Counted from the first letter of the whole stretch, positions 1 through 13,600 are shown. The stretch: DNA of 60,408 nt, filler included, from Pirum gemmata (GCA_002812295.1; 8 parts of 8 records of this genome joined end to end with filler, not necessarily neighbours in it); one strand, 5' to 3'. Translations and numbers: made by a program. The notes: a model not told the origin generated them from the sequence alone.

Positions 1-12
1 TTAGGGTTAGGG

Positions 13-51
<39 letters not shown>

Positions 52-61
52 TAGGGTTAGG
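1..61 (+). repeat. TTAGGG telomere-type repeat array at window start
   Basis: About 10 units of TTAGGG/TTTAGGG. The G-strand lies at the 5' end of the + strand, which is the wrong polarity for a true left chromosome end, so this is probably interstitial or a contig break. Confidence 0.9.
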
Positions 62-1023
62 AGCAGAGGCTACTAGCTAGTCTACTAGATCTAGCTAGCT
101 GGCTAGCTAGCTAGAGAGGTCTGAACAGAAGAAATGATTAGAAATAAATTATCATAGCTAGCTAGCTAGAGAGTAGCCAGCTACTAAATTCCTAATGTAG
201 TCCGACAAAGGTAGAAAAAATTAGATTGCGATAAAAAATCAAAAGGCCATGTTTAATCCAATGTACTCCTTCCAGAAAAGACATGCAGAAAAAAAATTCA
301 TATATTATCCTTTTACCCAATACAAGAATTCAAAAATATTTATTGTTTTACAAAACCCAATAATAGACCCACAAAAAACCGAAATAGGGAACTTTTTTTA
401 AACAAACGTCCATATTTGGCTTTAAAAAGAACAAGGCTGAAAATGAGCAGCGTACATTGGATGGCTAGTCACTACTTTCTTACTTCAACAGTCCAACTCT
501 CTATCAGATTTACAACATGGTTGGCTCTAGCTAGTCTGCTGTTCCAGTCTACTGTTCAAACTTCAAAGAGACGCTGTGTGGTGAGCTTTTCCCACTTTTT
601 TCCCTGACTTTTTCTGGCTTGTACCTGTAGACCGGGGGGGGGGGTCTATAGACAGTGGACTAGTAGCTAGTCTGGTGAGTGTAGGGTAACGCGTAGTACT
701 CTAACTAGGTCTAGTCTACTAGATGAAGCAAACTAACGTGAGGAGACTAAAGCTAATAATCCAGCTGAGATTTCGAATAATCCTGCGTCTTATTCCAGTG
801 CTAGTAGCTAGTATTCCAGCGTCAACTTTTTTAAAATTCACTTTCTATTGGTCTATCTATTTCACCTTTCGGTAAAAAAATATATTTATCATAATATTAT
901 GTTATAGATATTAGTCATATGTATAATAGTTATATCATAGTACATATAGACATGCGTATTTTTAAAAAAAAAAAAAATTAAAAATAACAAAAATCAACTT
1001 ATTATGATATTGCCCAGCTTCAT

Positions 1024-1059
<36 letters not shown>

Positions 1060-1792
1060 GCCAAGCCGGATAAAACTGTAGAAATCTTTTTTTTTAGACT
1101 TCTTTTTAAAAAATTATACTATAGTAAAATTATAACTAGCCAAATTATTTTAAAGACTGATAAATAAGAGTTTTATTAGTTAGATGTCTGCTCTACTAGC
1201 TAGCTAGCTAGACTATAGCTAGCTACTAGAGGTAGCTGTATCTTCTGTGGTGAACTAATAAATTGATACAAATAGACTATGTTTTATAATATTAAAGTAC
1301 ACAAGATCAAGCATGAGACCAAGCTATCAAAAATAAAAAAGACTGCTGCACTTAACTCATAAGACCTCTGTAGGTCTCATGCTTTTTAATATTTATTAAT
1401 GCTTATTAGTTGAGAACAGTAGACTAGCTAGCTAGTAGTGTTAGGACTGCAGTTAGAGTGAGCAGTTAGAGCATACTAATAGTATACTAATAGCTGGTCA
1501 GCTATTTTAGAGAATCAAGTTCACCGAAGCAACATATTCAGGGACGGATGACAGACAGCTGTATAATAATATGACAGCTATAATTTTGAAAATACACCCA
1601 AAATCATTCCCAATTTTTTTTTCTTGGGGCCAAATTTTAACCTAAATAAAAGCAAATTTTTAAAAGTATCTGTCCCATCATTATTTTGTCAGTTATTTTG
1701 TGATTTCCGTAGACCCTGTCCGTAGACCGTAGACGACTGCTTACCCAAGTATTTTGTTTAGTCTATTAGACTATCATGCTAGTAGTTTACAA

Positions 1793-1971
1793 GTGATTTT
1801 CATTTATTTTGTCACTTTGAATATTTATTTGGAGGGTTAAAAATTTAAATTGTCATTTTTAAATCAATACATAGATAATAAAATATACCAAATTGAATTA
1901 AATGGGTTTATATTTTATTAATTTGGTACTATTTATTGTACACTTTATGATGACAAAACAACTGAAAAGTA
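1793..1971 (+). mobile_element. MITE family B (~180 bp); other copies 11330-11560 (+), 12772-12959 (-), 39367-39702 (+, partial plus full), fragments at ~4490 and ~13266
   Basis: The dispersed copies align by eye. Imperfect TIRs TATCGTGATTTTCATTTATTTTGTCA and TATCGTACTTTTCAGTTGTTTTGTCA were reconstructed from the copies. Confidence 0.8.
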
Positions 1972-2245
1972 TTATAAAAGTCCCAAGTCTCCCAAAAGTA
2001 GACTGGTTTCAAAGAGCTTTCAGTCTTTTATTAAATTTTTTTAAAATAATTAATAAATTGATCATTTTCTCAAAATTTGGTATTACCTTCATTAAAATTG
2101 GATCATTTTGGGATTTTTTGGATTTTTGAGCTTCGCCATTTTAATAGTATTTTAATCCGGCTTGTAATAATATACCGGTAATATATAATTATTATTATAC
2201 TCAATACCATATATAGTTTAAAAAAAAAAAAACTAAAAAAAAAAT

Positions 2246-2456
2246 GTAGGGGGGAGATGACGTCATTTTATTATTACCGANATTTTATGGTTTTTATTAC
2301 TATTAATGTTAATATTTTTACTTTAATTGGTATCTACTATAATTAGATTTACTATTTTAAGCTGTTTAACTGTTATTATTAATAAGGAACACGGAACTAA
2401 GGTTGGCTCGATAAGCATATGTTCGAAAAAAGTTCCAGTAGATATCTCACCCCTAC
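2246..2456. mobile_element. MITE-like family E with AGGGGTGAGAT-type TIRs; related copies 38403-38543, 20878-21080, 30046-30195
   Basis: Termini are GTAGGGGGGAGAT...ATCTCACCCCTAC here and AGGGGTGAGATAAC...GTAATCTCACCCCT at 38403. The segment ~20940-21080 is an inverted match to 30046-30195. Confidence 0.55.
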
Positions 2457-3750
2457 TAAAAAAAACTATTTTTTTGATAAAAAAAATTCTTCCTTAGAGG
2501 TCAAATTAAAATTCTTCTTCAAAATTCTTCCTCAAAATTCTTTTTCAAGAAATCTAAAAATAGAACGCTCTCAGGTCTTTCAGTCTCTCTAGCTAGCTAG
2601 CTAGCTAGCTAGGCTGAGCTAGGCTGAGCTAGGAATTAAAAGTCTTTTTTAATTAAAAAAAAGCTTATTTATCTAGTTTAAATAGTACTCCTTAGTAGTT
2701 CAGGTACATATTTATTTATTTTTAATAAATTTTAATTCAAGGTCTCACAAGAAATTCCATGGGTATTTTTTGTTTTTGTTTTATTTTTTATTTTTTAAAG
2801 TTTTTTTGAAAAAAAATATCCCTTCATTACAGTCCTCAAGGTTTTTTACTTTTGGCTAGTAGGACTCTACGTAGGGTATTTTGAATTTGAAAAATAAGAA
2901 GTCACACAGTATTTATCTAAAGAGCCAATTATGGGCTTTTTTTTTAAAACTCGTTTGTATTCGCTGTACACACAAAAGTAACAAACCCCAGTCTAAAACA
3001 AAAAAGATCTTCCACAAAGGCAAAAGCTCCCGACTCAAAACCCAATTTTTATTTTTTTTTTTTAAAACAAACCAGAACCCACAAGGCCACACCCAGAACC
3101 CAAATAGACTCCAAATAGTGGGCCCAAATTCCAGACCAAACCGCTCCCAGACCACTCCCAATTTCCCAAACCCAAAAGCTATCGATAGCTAGCAGTTACT
3201 AGCTACTAGCTAGACTATCATAGTACTACTAAGACTACTAAGACTCTACTGCTGGACTCTACTGTGTCATAGCTAGTCTCTACTACTTGCTAGACCTAGC
3301 TAATAGTAGCTCTTAGCTAGACCGGCCCAGTAGAGTCTGAGTAGACCGGTCTACTATGATACCGGTGGCCGGTACTATCGATATCATTGTATTACATCAG
3401 GATAGGTATCAGATAGACTTGCTAGCACTAGCTAGCTAGAGGCTTGCTAGGTATAGATAGACTTGCTAGCTAGAGACCTCAGACCAAAACCAGCCAAAAA
3501 CAAGGCCTCGAAAAGTCCTCGAAAACAGCCCAAAACAAGTCCAAAACACTTACGCTTAGCCCAAAACATTCCCAAAAACAGTCCCAACTCCCAAACCAGT
3601 CCCAAACCCCAAACCAAACCCACTGGAATTTATTATGACAACTGGTAAACCACCAAAATCGGCCATCTACTGGTATAGCTAGCTAACTGCTAGCTAACCC
3701 TATCTATCATACTAACTAGCTAGAGTCTATCTACTACTAGCTACCAGGTA

Positions 3751-3951
3751 GTATCGTGTTTTTCAATAGTGTTGTCCAGTTCAAAAACTGAAATAAACGT
3801 ACAAATTATTATTATGGTTAAACTATCAGACATGTTTTAATTAATTTGTTATTTATACTTTTAATGTTGTATTTTACAAACAAGTTCTATTATACACTTA
3901 AACAGTACCAAATCAAAGATTGAGAGGGCAACTGTAATAAAATAGACGATA
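3751..3951 (+). mobile_element. MITE family A (~200 bp); other copies 9532-9820 (-), 11822-12022 (+), 20350-20554 (-), 39067-39323 (+), 43524-43719 (-), fragments at ~28780, 52735, 57600, 57960
   Basis: At least 6 near-full copies on different contigs. 27-bp imperfect TIRs GTATCGTGTTTTTCAATAGTGTTGTCC and GTATCGTCTATTTCATTACAGTTGTCC. TA lies next to several intact ends. Confidence 0.85.
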
Positions 3952-6900
3952 TCATAGCTATACCTAGCTAGATAGCCAAAAAGCTTTGTATGTCTTAGTG
4001 CTATCTAGTCATAATCTAGATAGTATCCAGGAGACTCGTGCTGATATAGACCATTTTGGACTCATTCTGGCTCTCCCTTCCAGCCTTCAGACGGCCAAAT
4101 AAGTAATAACTACTACCAATAGTCAGCTATCACTTTCAAGGAAGTGTACAGTGTAGCAACTTAGCAAGCCAATTAGATAGCAAGCCTCGCTAAACACTTT
4201 CAAGTATGATAGTCTAGCTAGCTCTAGCTAGGTCTAACTAAGGTCTCGCTTTTAATTAATTTTAAAAAACCTTTTCGAGGCTATTATTAGTCTAGCTAGC
4301 TAAAAACTTTAATTAATTAATAATTATCATAATAAAAACCCCTTACCGCTCACTCTTGAACAAAGCTCTAACAACTTCGATACTAAGCTATCGATACTAA
4401 CTATCGGATAGTAGCTAGCTCTTGCTAGCTAGTAGCTATTAACTTAGTAGTAGACTTTATTAGAGAAAGATTGGAGTCCAGCTACTGTTTGGTTGGTTAT
4501 AATATTTAATTTGATATTTTTAAATCAATAATTAGATTATAAAATATACCAAATTAAATAACTGAAAAGCACGGTAGTAGCTCAGGATAGTAGCTAGTCT
4601 ATGATAGCTAGGTAGTAGCCTTTTATTATATATGATATTATGATATCATATTATAGTATCGATGGTATCGATAGTAGCGATAGCTACTGGTAGCCACTAC
4701 TCCAGCTAGTGAGCTAGCTAGCTAGCTAGGATTCTAGCTAGAGCTATCGTAGCTAGCTAGCTAGCTAAGTACCAGCTAGTAGAGGGAGTCTGAGGGACTC
4801 TCTCTATGAGAGTTCTACCTAGCTAGAGTAGCTTGCTAGCTAGAACTTTGCTAGCTAGTTAGACTCTAGTTAGTCTATATATGGCAATAAAAAATTATGA
4901 AGAAATTTCACAAATATCATATTTTTGTTGTTTATATATGTCTAGTTGTTTATGATAATTATTATGTTATCATAAAGTGTCATAATAATTATTATTAGTC
5001 TACTAATTTACAATGCTTTTTCTGTAAATATATTATATGATATTATGATATAATTATAATTTAATAGTGTTATCAATATCAGATATATGTTTTTTAAAAA
5101 AACACTACCTACAGTAGCTATAATTGACATTAAATTTTTTAATTACAAATAATAATAGAATACAGGCTAATATATTAATTTAAGAAACAATATGTGTGTG
5201 TAGATTAATTATATTAAAATTCAATATTATGATATATTATATCAGTTTTTCTTTATTTAAATTTGTCAACGTTATGAAGAAACTGTTATGCATTCCATAA
5301 TTATACACAGTTCGAATTCACCCTTCTTTTTTTTTTTTTTATAATATGAAACTCCACTCTATTTAAACAAAGGAGCCATGTTGGGGAAATACACCCACCA
5401 TCATGATGGTCTATATATCATGATGTATTAATACATTATATTATTTTAATATACTCATTACATATATTAAAAAATAATAAATATATGATATGATATAGAG
5501 AGAAGTTGGTATAAACTATATAGACATACAATATATAATTATAACATGTCCAAAAAATTGAGCTGTAGCTTTAATCGTATTTATAAATTATATATTATTA
5601 TATATTACTATTAAAAATATTATATCGATATCATAGTCATCATCATTGTTATATCGATATCAGTTTGATATGCAAATCATTATGATATAAAGTAAAGATA
5701 TTTATAAAATATAGATTTTTATTAGACTGGGGCTGGGGGTCTATATTTTAAAAAATACTATTATTTCTATAGTGTATTCTTTACTTTTTACTGATTTATT
5801 ATAATATTTGAAGTTTGAACTTTGAAGTTTGAACTCCTTGATATTTATTGCTGCAGACTTCATGTCGTATACCGGTATATAAAATTGAAAAATCCACCAT
5901 GAACGTCTATAAGCTATAATTTTCCATCATCCAATTATGTTTTCATGATAGAAAAAGTACGCCTTACTAGCTACTGGAGCTAGCTAGAGCCTACTAGCTA
6001 GAGCTGGATGGATAATTGGATATTGCCTGAGCTGGATACTAACATTACTAGCTAGCTTAGCCTAGCTAGCTAGCTAGTAGCTCTAGCCTAGACCCGGGTC
6101 TACTATCCGCATACTATCCGCGATAGCTATCGATACTAGCTAGCTAGCTATGATAGTATCATAGCATATCCGATAGCTAGCTAGACCCGGTCATAGGACC
6201 CAGTCAAGTAGACTAAGTTTTCCTTTTTTTTTTTATCATACCAAGGCGATGGTCTGAGGCGATGGTGAGCTCAAAAATCCAAAAAATCCAGAAATGCTCC
6301 AATTTTAATAAAAGTACTACCAAATTTTGAGAAATCATCTAACTAATAAAACTCTATTATGAACCAATTAACAGTTTTTAAAAATAATTTGGCTATTTAG
6401 CATTAAATTTTTAGAAAAGAGTCTTTTTGTAAAAAAAAGTAGTCTAACTATCGTGGATGATTTGTGATAGGCTAGTTTGACTATGATAGCTAGTAGGACT
6501 TAGTAGGTCTACAGGAGCTACTAGTAGCTATCGTGATAGACACTGATAGTAAGAGTCTAGTAAGTATGGTGGGGGAACTCAACCTGATTCCATATCTAAC
6601 CCCCGGTTCACCGAGCCGTATCTCGACCCCCAGACATGGCTGAGTGGTTTCATAACACCTTGCTTTTTTTTTTGATGTCATCTGAATAATGACGCAATAA
6701 ATTAATTAAGGAAAAAAAAAAAAACTGCCCCTGTAAAAAAAAAAAAAAAAAAAAATGAGGTCTTATAAAAGTTTTTACAGCGTTTTTTGTCAATTTTTTT
6801 TTTCGATATGTGCCTATATGTGCATATTATGAAATAATAAATTATTTTGTAAACAAGACTAGTTAACTCTTGTTTCAGTTGGTATTAAAGACAAAAATCA

Positions 6901-7029
6901 CCTTTTTTCATTTTAATTTTTTTATTCTTTAAGTTTTACATATTAAAAAATTACAAGAAAATACAAGAACAAAGTGATATCAAAAGAATGAAGTGAATGA
7001 AGTTTTGAAAATCAACTTGATGTTGCATT

Positions 7030-7333
7030 TCAGACATTGTTTTTTAGATTGTTTTCTTTGCCATCTGTATATTCCTTGGGAAAAAGTGAAACGTTTACGT
7101 TTGAATTAAGACTTTTCTTCTTTTCTTTACATATTGCTTTGTTTTTTGATGTTCTACTATAAGGGGTGTGTGATGATGGAGTCTGTGGGCTGTTGAAATG
7201 ATGACGTGGTGTACTATGGAAAAGCCCTGTTTTCAAACTTGATGTTGAGTCGTACTTTCGTGGTGTCCTGATAAGTAAGTCTCTTACGTGAACAGTGTGT
7301 TGTTGCTGTTGTTGTTGTTGCTGTTGTTGTTGC

Positions 7334-7393
<60 letters not shown>
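7030..7393 (-). CDS. Probable 3' end of a gene cut by the contig end: poly-Gln then S/T-P-rich disordered tail
   Basis: The (CAA/CAG)n tract reads in frame into HTVHVRDLLIRTPRKYDSTSSLKTGLFHSTPRHHFNSPQTPSS...NNV*. The stretch is GC-richer than its flanks. Confidence 0.5.
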
Positions 7394-7493
7394 NNNNNNN
7401 NNNNNNNNNNNNNNNNNNNNNNNNNNNNNNNNNNNNNTTAATTAATTAANNNNNNNNNNNNNNNNNNNNNNNNNNNNNNNNNNNNNNNNNNNN
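7394..7493. other. Artificial contig linker N44-TTAATTAATTAA-N44; also 14922-15021, 22525-22624, 30196-30295, 37669-37768, 45029-45128, 52519-52618
   Basis: Seven identical 100-nt spacers whose 12-mer has stop codons in all six frames. Spacing is ~7.3-7.6 kb. Confidence 0.97.
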
Positions 7494-8599
7494 TTATTGT
7501 ATAGCAAAGTAGCTACTAGTAGCTGCTAGCTAAATGGTATCTGATAGCTCTAGTAGCTAGTTTAATTTTAATAGAGACTGGATTTAGAGTCTAGTTAGGC
7601 AAAAAAAGAGGTATTTGGAAAAAAAAAAAAAAAAAAAAAAAAAGTAGTCAAAACCTAGAAGGGGGGCCAAAAAAAAAAATAAAAAAAAAAAAAAAAAAGG
7701 GACAAAAAACTGACAAAAACTGGACAAAATCAAGTCAAAATCCAAACTTCCATATGATTCCAAAGCCTGCCCAAAGGGTCCAAGAAAAAAAAACTTAGTT
7801 GCAAAATCACATCTCTGAAAAAAGCACTTTTTTTTAACTTTTTCCCTAAAAACTTTTTTTAGCTCTTTTTTTCGTTACATATAGACGTACAGACACTGAC
7901 ACTGTACAGACACAGTGAGACACCCCCTAGCTAGTAGACTGTAGACCCCCTCGTCTATCAAAGACCCCAGGATTTTTCATGGAGTCTTTGCTTTACCAGT
8001 ATATTAAAATGTAGAGACTAGCTAGACTATATATAATTATAATATATACGATCTATATACGATATAATAATATAATACATTTGTCGCTATATTAATTTAG
8101 CTACGATACTAACAACACTAATAATATAATAACAATCTAATAAGCATATTCTATATTATATATTAATTAATATATGATACAATTAAATATATGTTATCTA
8201 GTATATGTTATAATTATATATTATATTGATTATAGGCACCTATATGTTATATATATCGTATATATAGACATAATGTAAGTGTTCGAATTTGGTATAGTAG
8301 AAAAAAAATGGATATGAGCTGAAATGAGTAACGATGAGTAACACTTTTTCTAGTCTTTTTCTCGAGCAGTAGAATTCCGACTATTCTATCTAGTTTCTTG
8401 CCCTCTAGCTAGAAGTTCAAAATTGGGTTGTAGAAGTTGTAGACCGGTCCTAGCTAGAGTCAGTAGCTAGCTAGAGTCCTGTTGTACTAAGTCTTATATA
8501 AGGAAGTCTAATAAACAAAAAAAAAAATAGACACTGTAGTCTAGACTGTGATAATAATAAAAAAATAATTTTAATATAATATAATAAGACTATAAATTC

Positions 8600-8806
8600 T
8601 ATAATAAGTGATAATATTTTGTTATCACTGTTTAATATCTTTATCATTATTATTATTGTTATTATTATTATTATCGTTATCATTATCATTATCATTATCA
8701 TTATCATCATTATTATTGTTATTATTGTTATCTTTATCATCATTATTATTGATAATATTTTGTTATCATTGTTATCTTTATCATTATTATTATTGTTATT
8801 GTTATT

Positions 8807-8847
<41 letters not shown>

Positions 8848-8910
8848 TGTTATTATTGTTATCATTATCATTACTATTGTTATTATTGTTATCTTTATCA
8901 TTATTATTAT
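8600..8910. repeat. Simple-sequence tracts (ATT/ATC here); also GTT 7298-7393, CAATACAG 17945-18030, TAG 22460-22520, poly-T 27658-27768, AACAAT 35410-35630, TAC 54725-54977 and 58667-58925
   Basis: Directly visible; these tracts generate most of the low-complexity ORFs in the track. Confidence 0.95.
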
Positions 8911-9826
8911 TGTCGTACCAGGGTCTACCTAGTACGTTCGAGTCTGTTAGCTACTTACTAAAACTAAATCGTCACTAGTATTTATTTTGATTGCTGATTG
9001 GTGAAGCCGGTAATTGGATCACTTGGTTTAATACTAATTGAGGAAATTGGACTTACTTGGTTTAATACGTATTAAGACGATCAGGACCTGTTTCTCTTAA
9101 CTCATTAAACAAAGAGAGATGATTCGGTGATAGGGCTGATGTGGACTTTCCCTCAGGAATGAGCGAATGTGATTGAGAGAGGATGATCCTCTTTACCATA
9201 TATGTATGTATATATATATACATGTGGATATGTGTATCTGTAATGTTATAATGTAAAGTTATAATTACTAATTAATTTACTTAATAAAAATAACGTATAT
9301 AAGCGGCTTTGTTTTCATTAACTGAAACAAAACAGTCAAATATACTAATTTCAAACCTTTAATATAAACACTTTCGATACTACAGCTAGTAGTATGATAG
9401 AGAGCAGGTCTCTCCACTGTCTCTCCTCTCTACAGGTCTCTCTACTACTAGAATAACTACTAGCTCTAGAGTAGCTAGTATCTGATAGTAGTAGCTCTAA
9501 TAATGATATGATACCAAGTAGAGCCCCATCCATCTATTTCATTACAGTCTCACAGTAACTGTTGTCCTTATTAAACCCTAACCCCTAACCCTAACCCTAA
9601 CCCTAACCCTAACTCTAACAGCCCCTAACCCTAACCCTAACCAACAGTCCCTAACCCCTCTCAATCTTTAATTTGGTACTGTTTAATTATATAATTGAAC
9701 TTATTTATAAAATACAAAACATTAAAAATATAAAATACCAAATTAATTAGAACATGTCTTTTATAGTTTAATCGTAATAATAATAATTTGGTATGTTTAT
9801 TTATTTCAGCTTTTGGACTACACTTA

Positions 9827-11006
9827 GGGAGCGTTCAAATACTACGTAACGCCAATTTCCAGTCAAATACAGCTTCAAATACCCCTACCTACCTATTAGT
9901 ACCTACCCCTCGGCGTTAATTTCCGGTCAAATACCACCTACCTACTTACCCCTTGACGTGACGTATTAGAGTCTCACGGTACAAGGACTACTAGCTAGCT
10001 CTAGCTAGTAGCTACTATCGATAGCTAGCTAGCTCTAGCTAGGCCCGGGGGGGTCTACGGTATAATGGATGTGTCACTACTAAACTAAGCTATCGATACT
10101 CTAGCTAGAGCTAGCTAGCTAGTAGTGGTAGTACTACTCTCTAGAGACTACTCTCTAGCTGTAGACTGTAGTCTGTCTAATATCATAGTGCCTCCCTGCG
10201 TCTTGTTTTTCCGATTGAGCGGGAAGTGAAAAGAGTTTTTCCGAAATTTGGAAAATAATGAAACAGTAAAAACAGGTATAATTTATTACAGTTTATTATA
10301 TAGTTTATTATCTAGTGTTTATTATTATATATTTAGGATTATTTCTAATTTTCTATAGAACTCTCTCTAATGATACTTTATTTTATAGACAAAGTAGCTC
10401 TTTTATTAGTATTACTGTACACAATGCCCCGTGTTTCTCTTGTAAATATTTGATGGGATACAGAAACTTTTTTTAATTTAATTTTAAGTCACTGCAATCT
10501 TTTTGATTAACATAATATCACAATATATACATGTTTTATTAGTATGATAATAATTGCTGAATTCTTTCAGAAAGTATCACACTTATTATTCATGAATCGT
10601 GAAATTTGAAACTATATTGAAGACTTTTAACATCCTTGAATCAAAAGTTGTGTAGGTCTTGAATGCAACCATAGTAATGTTTTTTTTATAAATTATACGC
10701 TGTGATAAAAAAAAGATAAATTAGTAGTCTATCATATTGTGCAGTATTAAAAGCCTAGTTTAATATTTGAAATATTCAAACAATACTGATTATTTTTGAG
10801 TTTATTATTTATAAATAAAAATACTGTAGTCTGTAGCTCTTGTTTACTCACTACTAGAGCTAGCTAGAGTTTTACTCTCACACGTAACGTGAAGGGGTAG
10901 GTATGTAGGTGGTATTTGACCGGAAATCAACGCCGAGGGGTAGGTAGGTAGGGGGTCTTTGAAGCTGTATTTGATCGGAAATTGGCGTTACGTAGTAACG
11001 CTTCCC
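9827..11006. mobile_element. Inverted pair of ~130-bp MITE-like repeats (9827-9968 and 10881-11006), PIF/Harbinger-like ends
   Basis: GGGAGCGTTCAAATACTACGTAACGCC... matches ...GGCGTTACGTAGTAACGCTTCCC in reverse. The left end is TTA|GGG. The superfamily assignment is tentative. Confidence 0.6.
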
Positions 11007-11469
11007 TGGTTTTACTTTTGTTTCATGTTCAATATTTTGTACTCCCCGTAATTCGGGAAAATAAAATTTTGGAGTGTGGATTGAGCCGATGCAGCGGGAA
11101 ATAAATGAAAATAATTTTCTTTCTTTCAAAAATTCAAAATCAGATATGACGTCACTTTTTTTAAAAATGTCCTTTTTCGAGATTAATTGCTTATTAGATC
11201 GCACTCTGAAAGCTTATAATGTTCATCTCGGGAGGGGGTATGGTGGTGTTTATGATTATGATAACGTCATTAATGAATGTTCCCTTCTTGTAAATATATG
11301 GAACCAGATGTGGGTCTTTTGGATAATATTATCGTGATTTTCATTTATTTTATCACTCTGAATTTAGAGGGTTATAATATTTAAATTGACATTTTTAAAT
11401 CAATATATAGATAATAAAATATAACAAATTAAATTAAATTTGGTATTATTTATTGTATATTTTATGATG

Positions 11470-11532
11470 TGTTAAACCTGGGGATAACCACTACGCCAGC
11501 TTGATCAAGCTGGCGTAGTGGTTATCCCCACA
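11470..11532. mobile_element. 63-bp TGT...ACA palindromic mini-element with 4-bp TSD (GATG), nested in a MITE B copy
   Basis: Perfect 52-bp palindrome at 11479-11530. GATG occurs at 11466-11469 and 11533-11536, whereas the empty site in other B copies has a single GATG (TTATGATGACAAAAC). Confidence 0.8.
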
Positions 11533-13354
11533 GATGACAAAACAACTAAAAAGCACTGTATATATTATGATTATAATATAATTATATCATAATAAAATTG
11601 GAACATCTGGAGGGGATCATCAGCATCTATCAGTAATGTGCACTACAACGTTAGGTATAACTACATTAAAATATTAATATTAATAACAACAGTTACTGCA
11701 GGATTAGTTTAAGTCAATGAGATATATTATACTACGTATTAATATATAATACCTATAGAATAAACTACGTGTACACTACGTATACTCGTATAGCTGATAT
11801 TATTTTAAAAACTACTATTGTGGTTTTCAATAGTTTTGTCCTGTTCAAAAACTGAAACAAACATACCAAATTATTATTATGGTTAAACTATCGGACGTGT
11901 TTTAATTAATTTGGTATTTTATATTTAAAATGTTGTATTTTATAAACAAGTTCAATTGTACATTTAATTAAACAGTACCAAATTAAAGATTGAGAGGACA
12001 ACTGTAGTGAAATACACGATACTCTCGATCGAACAATTTTTAATTAACTTTTAAAAGATTATGATCTCTCCTCAATCCCCAGCAGTCACTTTAAAAAAAT
12101 GCAACAGCAAAGTTTCTATGAATTTTTAAAAGTTTTAATAATTTATATAATATTAAGTTAATACATATAATTAATATTGAGAAGAATTCATAATTTTAAT
12201 AACAGTAGTTATAATACTTTTAAAAAATGCAACAGCAAAGTTTCTATGAATTTATAAAAGTTTTAATAATTTATACATATAATTGAGAAGAATTCATAAT
12301 TTTAATAATAACGACTTTTTGTATCATTCTTTCCTATCATGCTGATCTCAGAAAAAGTGCTTTGAGAATTAAAATCTTCAATTGCGTTTCCGTTATAACT
12401 TTAATAGTGTACATACATATAATAATTATGTAAACGTCACTAGTACTATTTAAAATTAATAGAGTCTATAGTTACTTGCGATGACATGTAATGATGCAAA
12501 TATAAATTTGCGTATCACTTCGTTGGCAACTATATTAATGGCATAATGACGTCACTATAATTATATATTATATTATACATATAATATATAATTATTATAT
12601 ACATCGTTATGTTTTTATTAAAATTTTATATAAATAATAAATATTATATTAAAAAATAGAAATATTACAATATTGGTTATAGATTTTATATATAGCTTCC
12701 AGCTATAGACTGGAATATAAGATTCCAATAATCGGCATAATATAATTAGATTTTAATATTCTAGCTAGAGATATCGTACTTTTCAGTTGTTTTGTCATCA
12801 TAAAATATACAGTAAAGAGTATCAAATTAATACAAAATAAATCCATTTCATTTAATTTGGTATATTTTATTATCCATTTATTCATTTAACAATGTCAATT
12901 AAAAATTTATAACCAACCAAATAAATATTCGGAGTGACAAAATAAATGAAAAGCGCTATAAAAATACATATAGTAGCTTATGATAATATCAATATTATGA
13001 TGGGATTTATTATAATTGCATTATTATAAAAAAGTAGTTTTAAATTTATTCATTTTAATTAAAACTATAATAAAAGTGCTATTATCATAAATCAAATAAA
13101 ATTTAATAATAACCTTCTAATACTTCACTATATATATAAATAATATTAATATATATTATACAATGTCATGTATGGTGTATTAATACATTTGTAATTTTAT
13201 ATAGCTAGTGTACTCAAGTGTAATATATTAATATAATTATTATGTTTTAAAACATTATCGAATTGGCTTTTCATTTATTTTGTCACTATATTTGTTTGGC
13301 GGGTTATAACAGTTATAACCTTTTTAATTAAATTGGCATTTTTAATTTTACAAA

Positions 13355-13600
13355 TATATGAACCCATGGGCGGTGACCCAGGTACTAGACTTTCTTTAAA
13401 AAAACGCTCATATCTCCGTTGCTATTGTTACTATGAAGATGATTATTAAGACAGTTATATAGTACACGACTTAACCTTTTTATACTTATAATAGTCATTA
13501 TGTTCAGCAGTAAACAGCAATCAATGGAGATAATGTAAGTGTTTTTGAAGTAAGTCTAATTAGCTAGCTAGCTAGAGGGTCTCAACCATAGGTTCAAATA
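13355..13600. mobile_element. MITE-like element with long (~70 bp) imperfect TIRs
   Basis: Left TGAACCCATGGGCGGTGACCC..TAGACTTTCTTTAAAAAAACGCTCATATCTCC matches the reverse complement of the right end TGAACCTATGGTTGAGACCC..TAGACTTACTTCAAAAACACTTACATTATCTCC. It abuts a truncated MITE B. Confidence 0.6.

Noticed and set aside
1..61. True chromosome end
   Set aside because: The strand polarity is wrong for a left telomere, the array is short, and similar arrays are common internally.
7438..7449. TTAATTAATTAA as a conserved biological motif
   Set aside because: It is always centred in exactly 44+44 Ns, so it is a synthetic six-frame-stop linker.
8471..8978. Poly-Ile/Leu/Tyr/Thr/Val ORFs (also ~17.0, 27.6, 31.5, 33.8, 35.4, 43.2, 54.7 and 58.6 kb)
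   Set aside because: They are translations of microsatellites or telomeric repeats, many inside introns.
8990..9200. U3 or box C/D snoRNA (AAGAC...CAGGA, ATGAT and CTGA words in a GC-richer island)
   Set aside because: The boxes are incomplete or out of order and I see no convincing terminal stem. An Infernal/Rfam search would be needed to rescue the call.
10878..11337. ORFs of 108 and 87 aa
   Set aside because: They overlap a MITE copy and repeat-derived DNA, with no protein motif or splice support.
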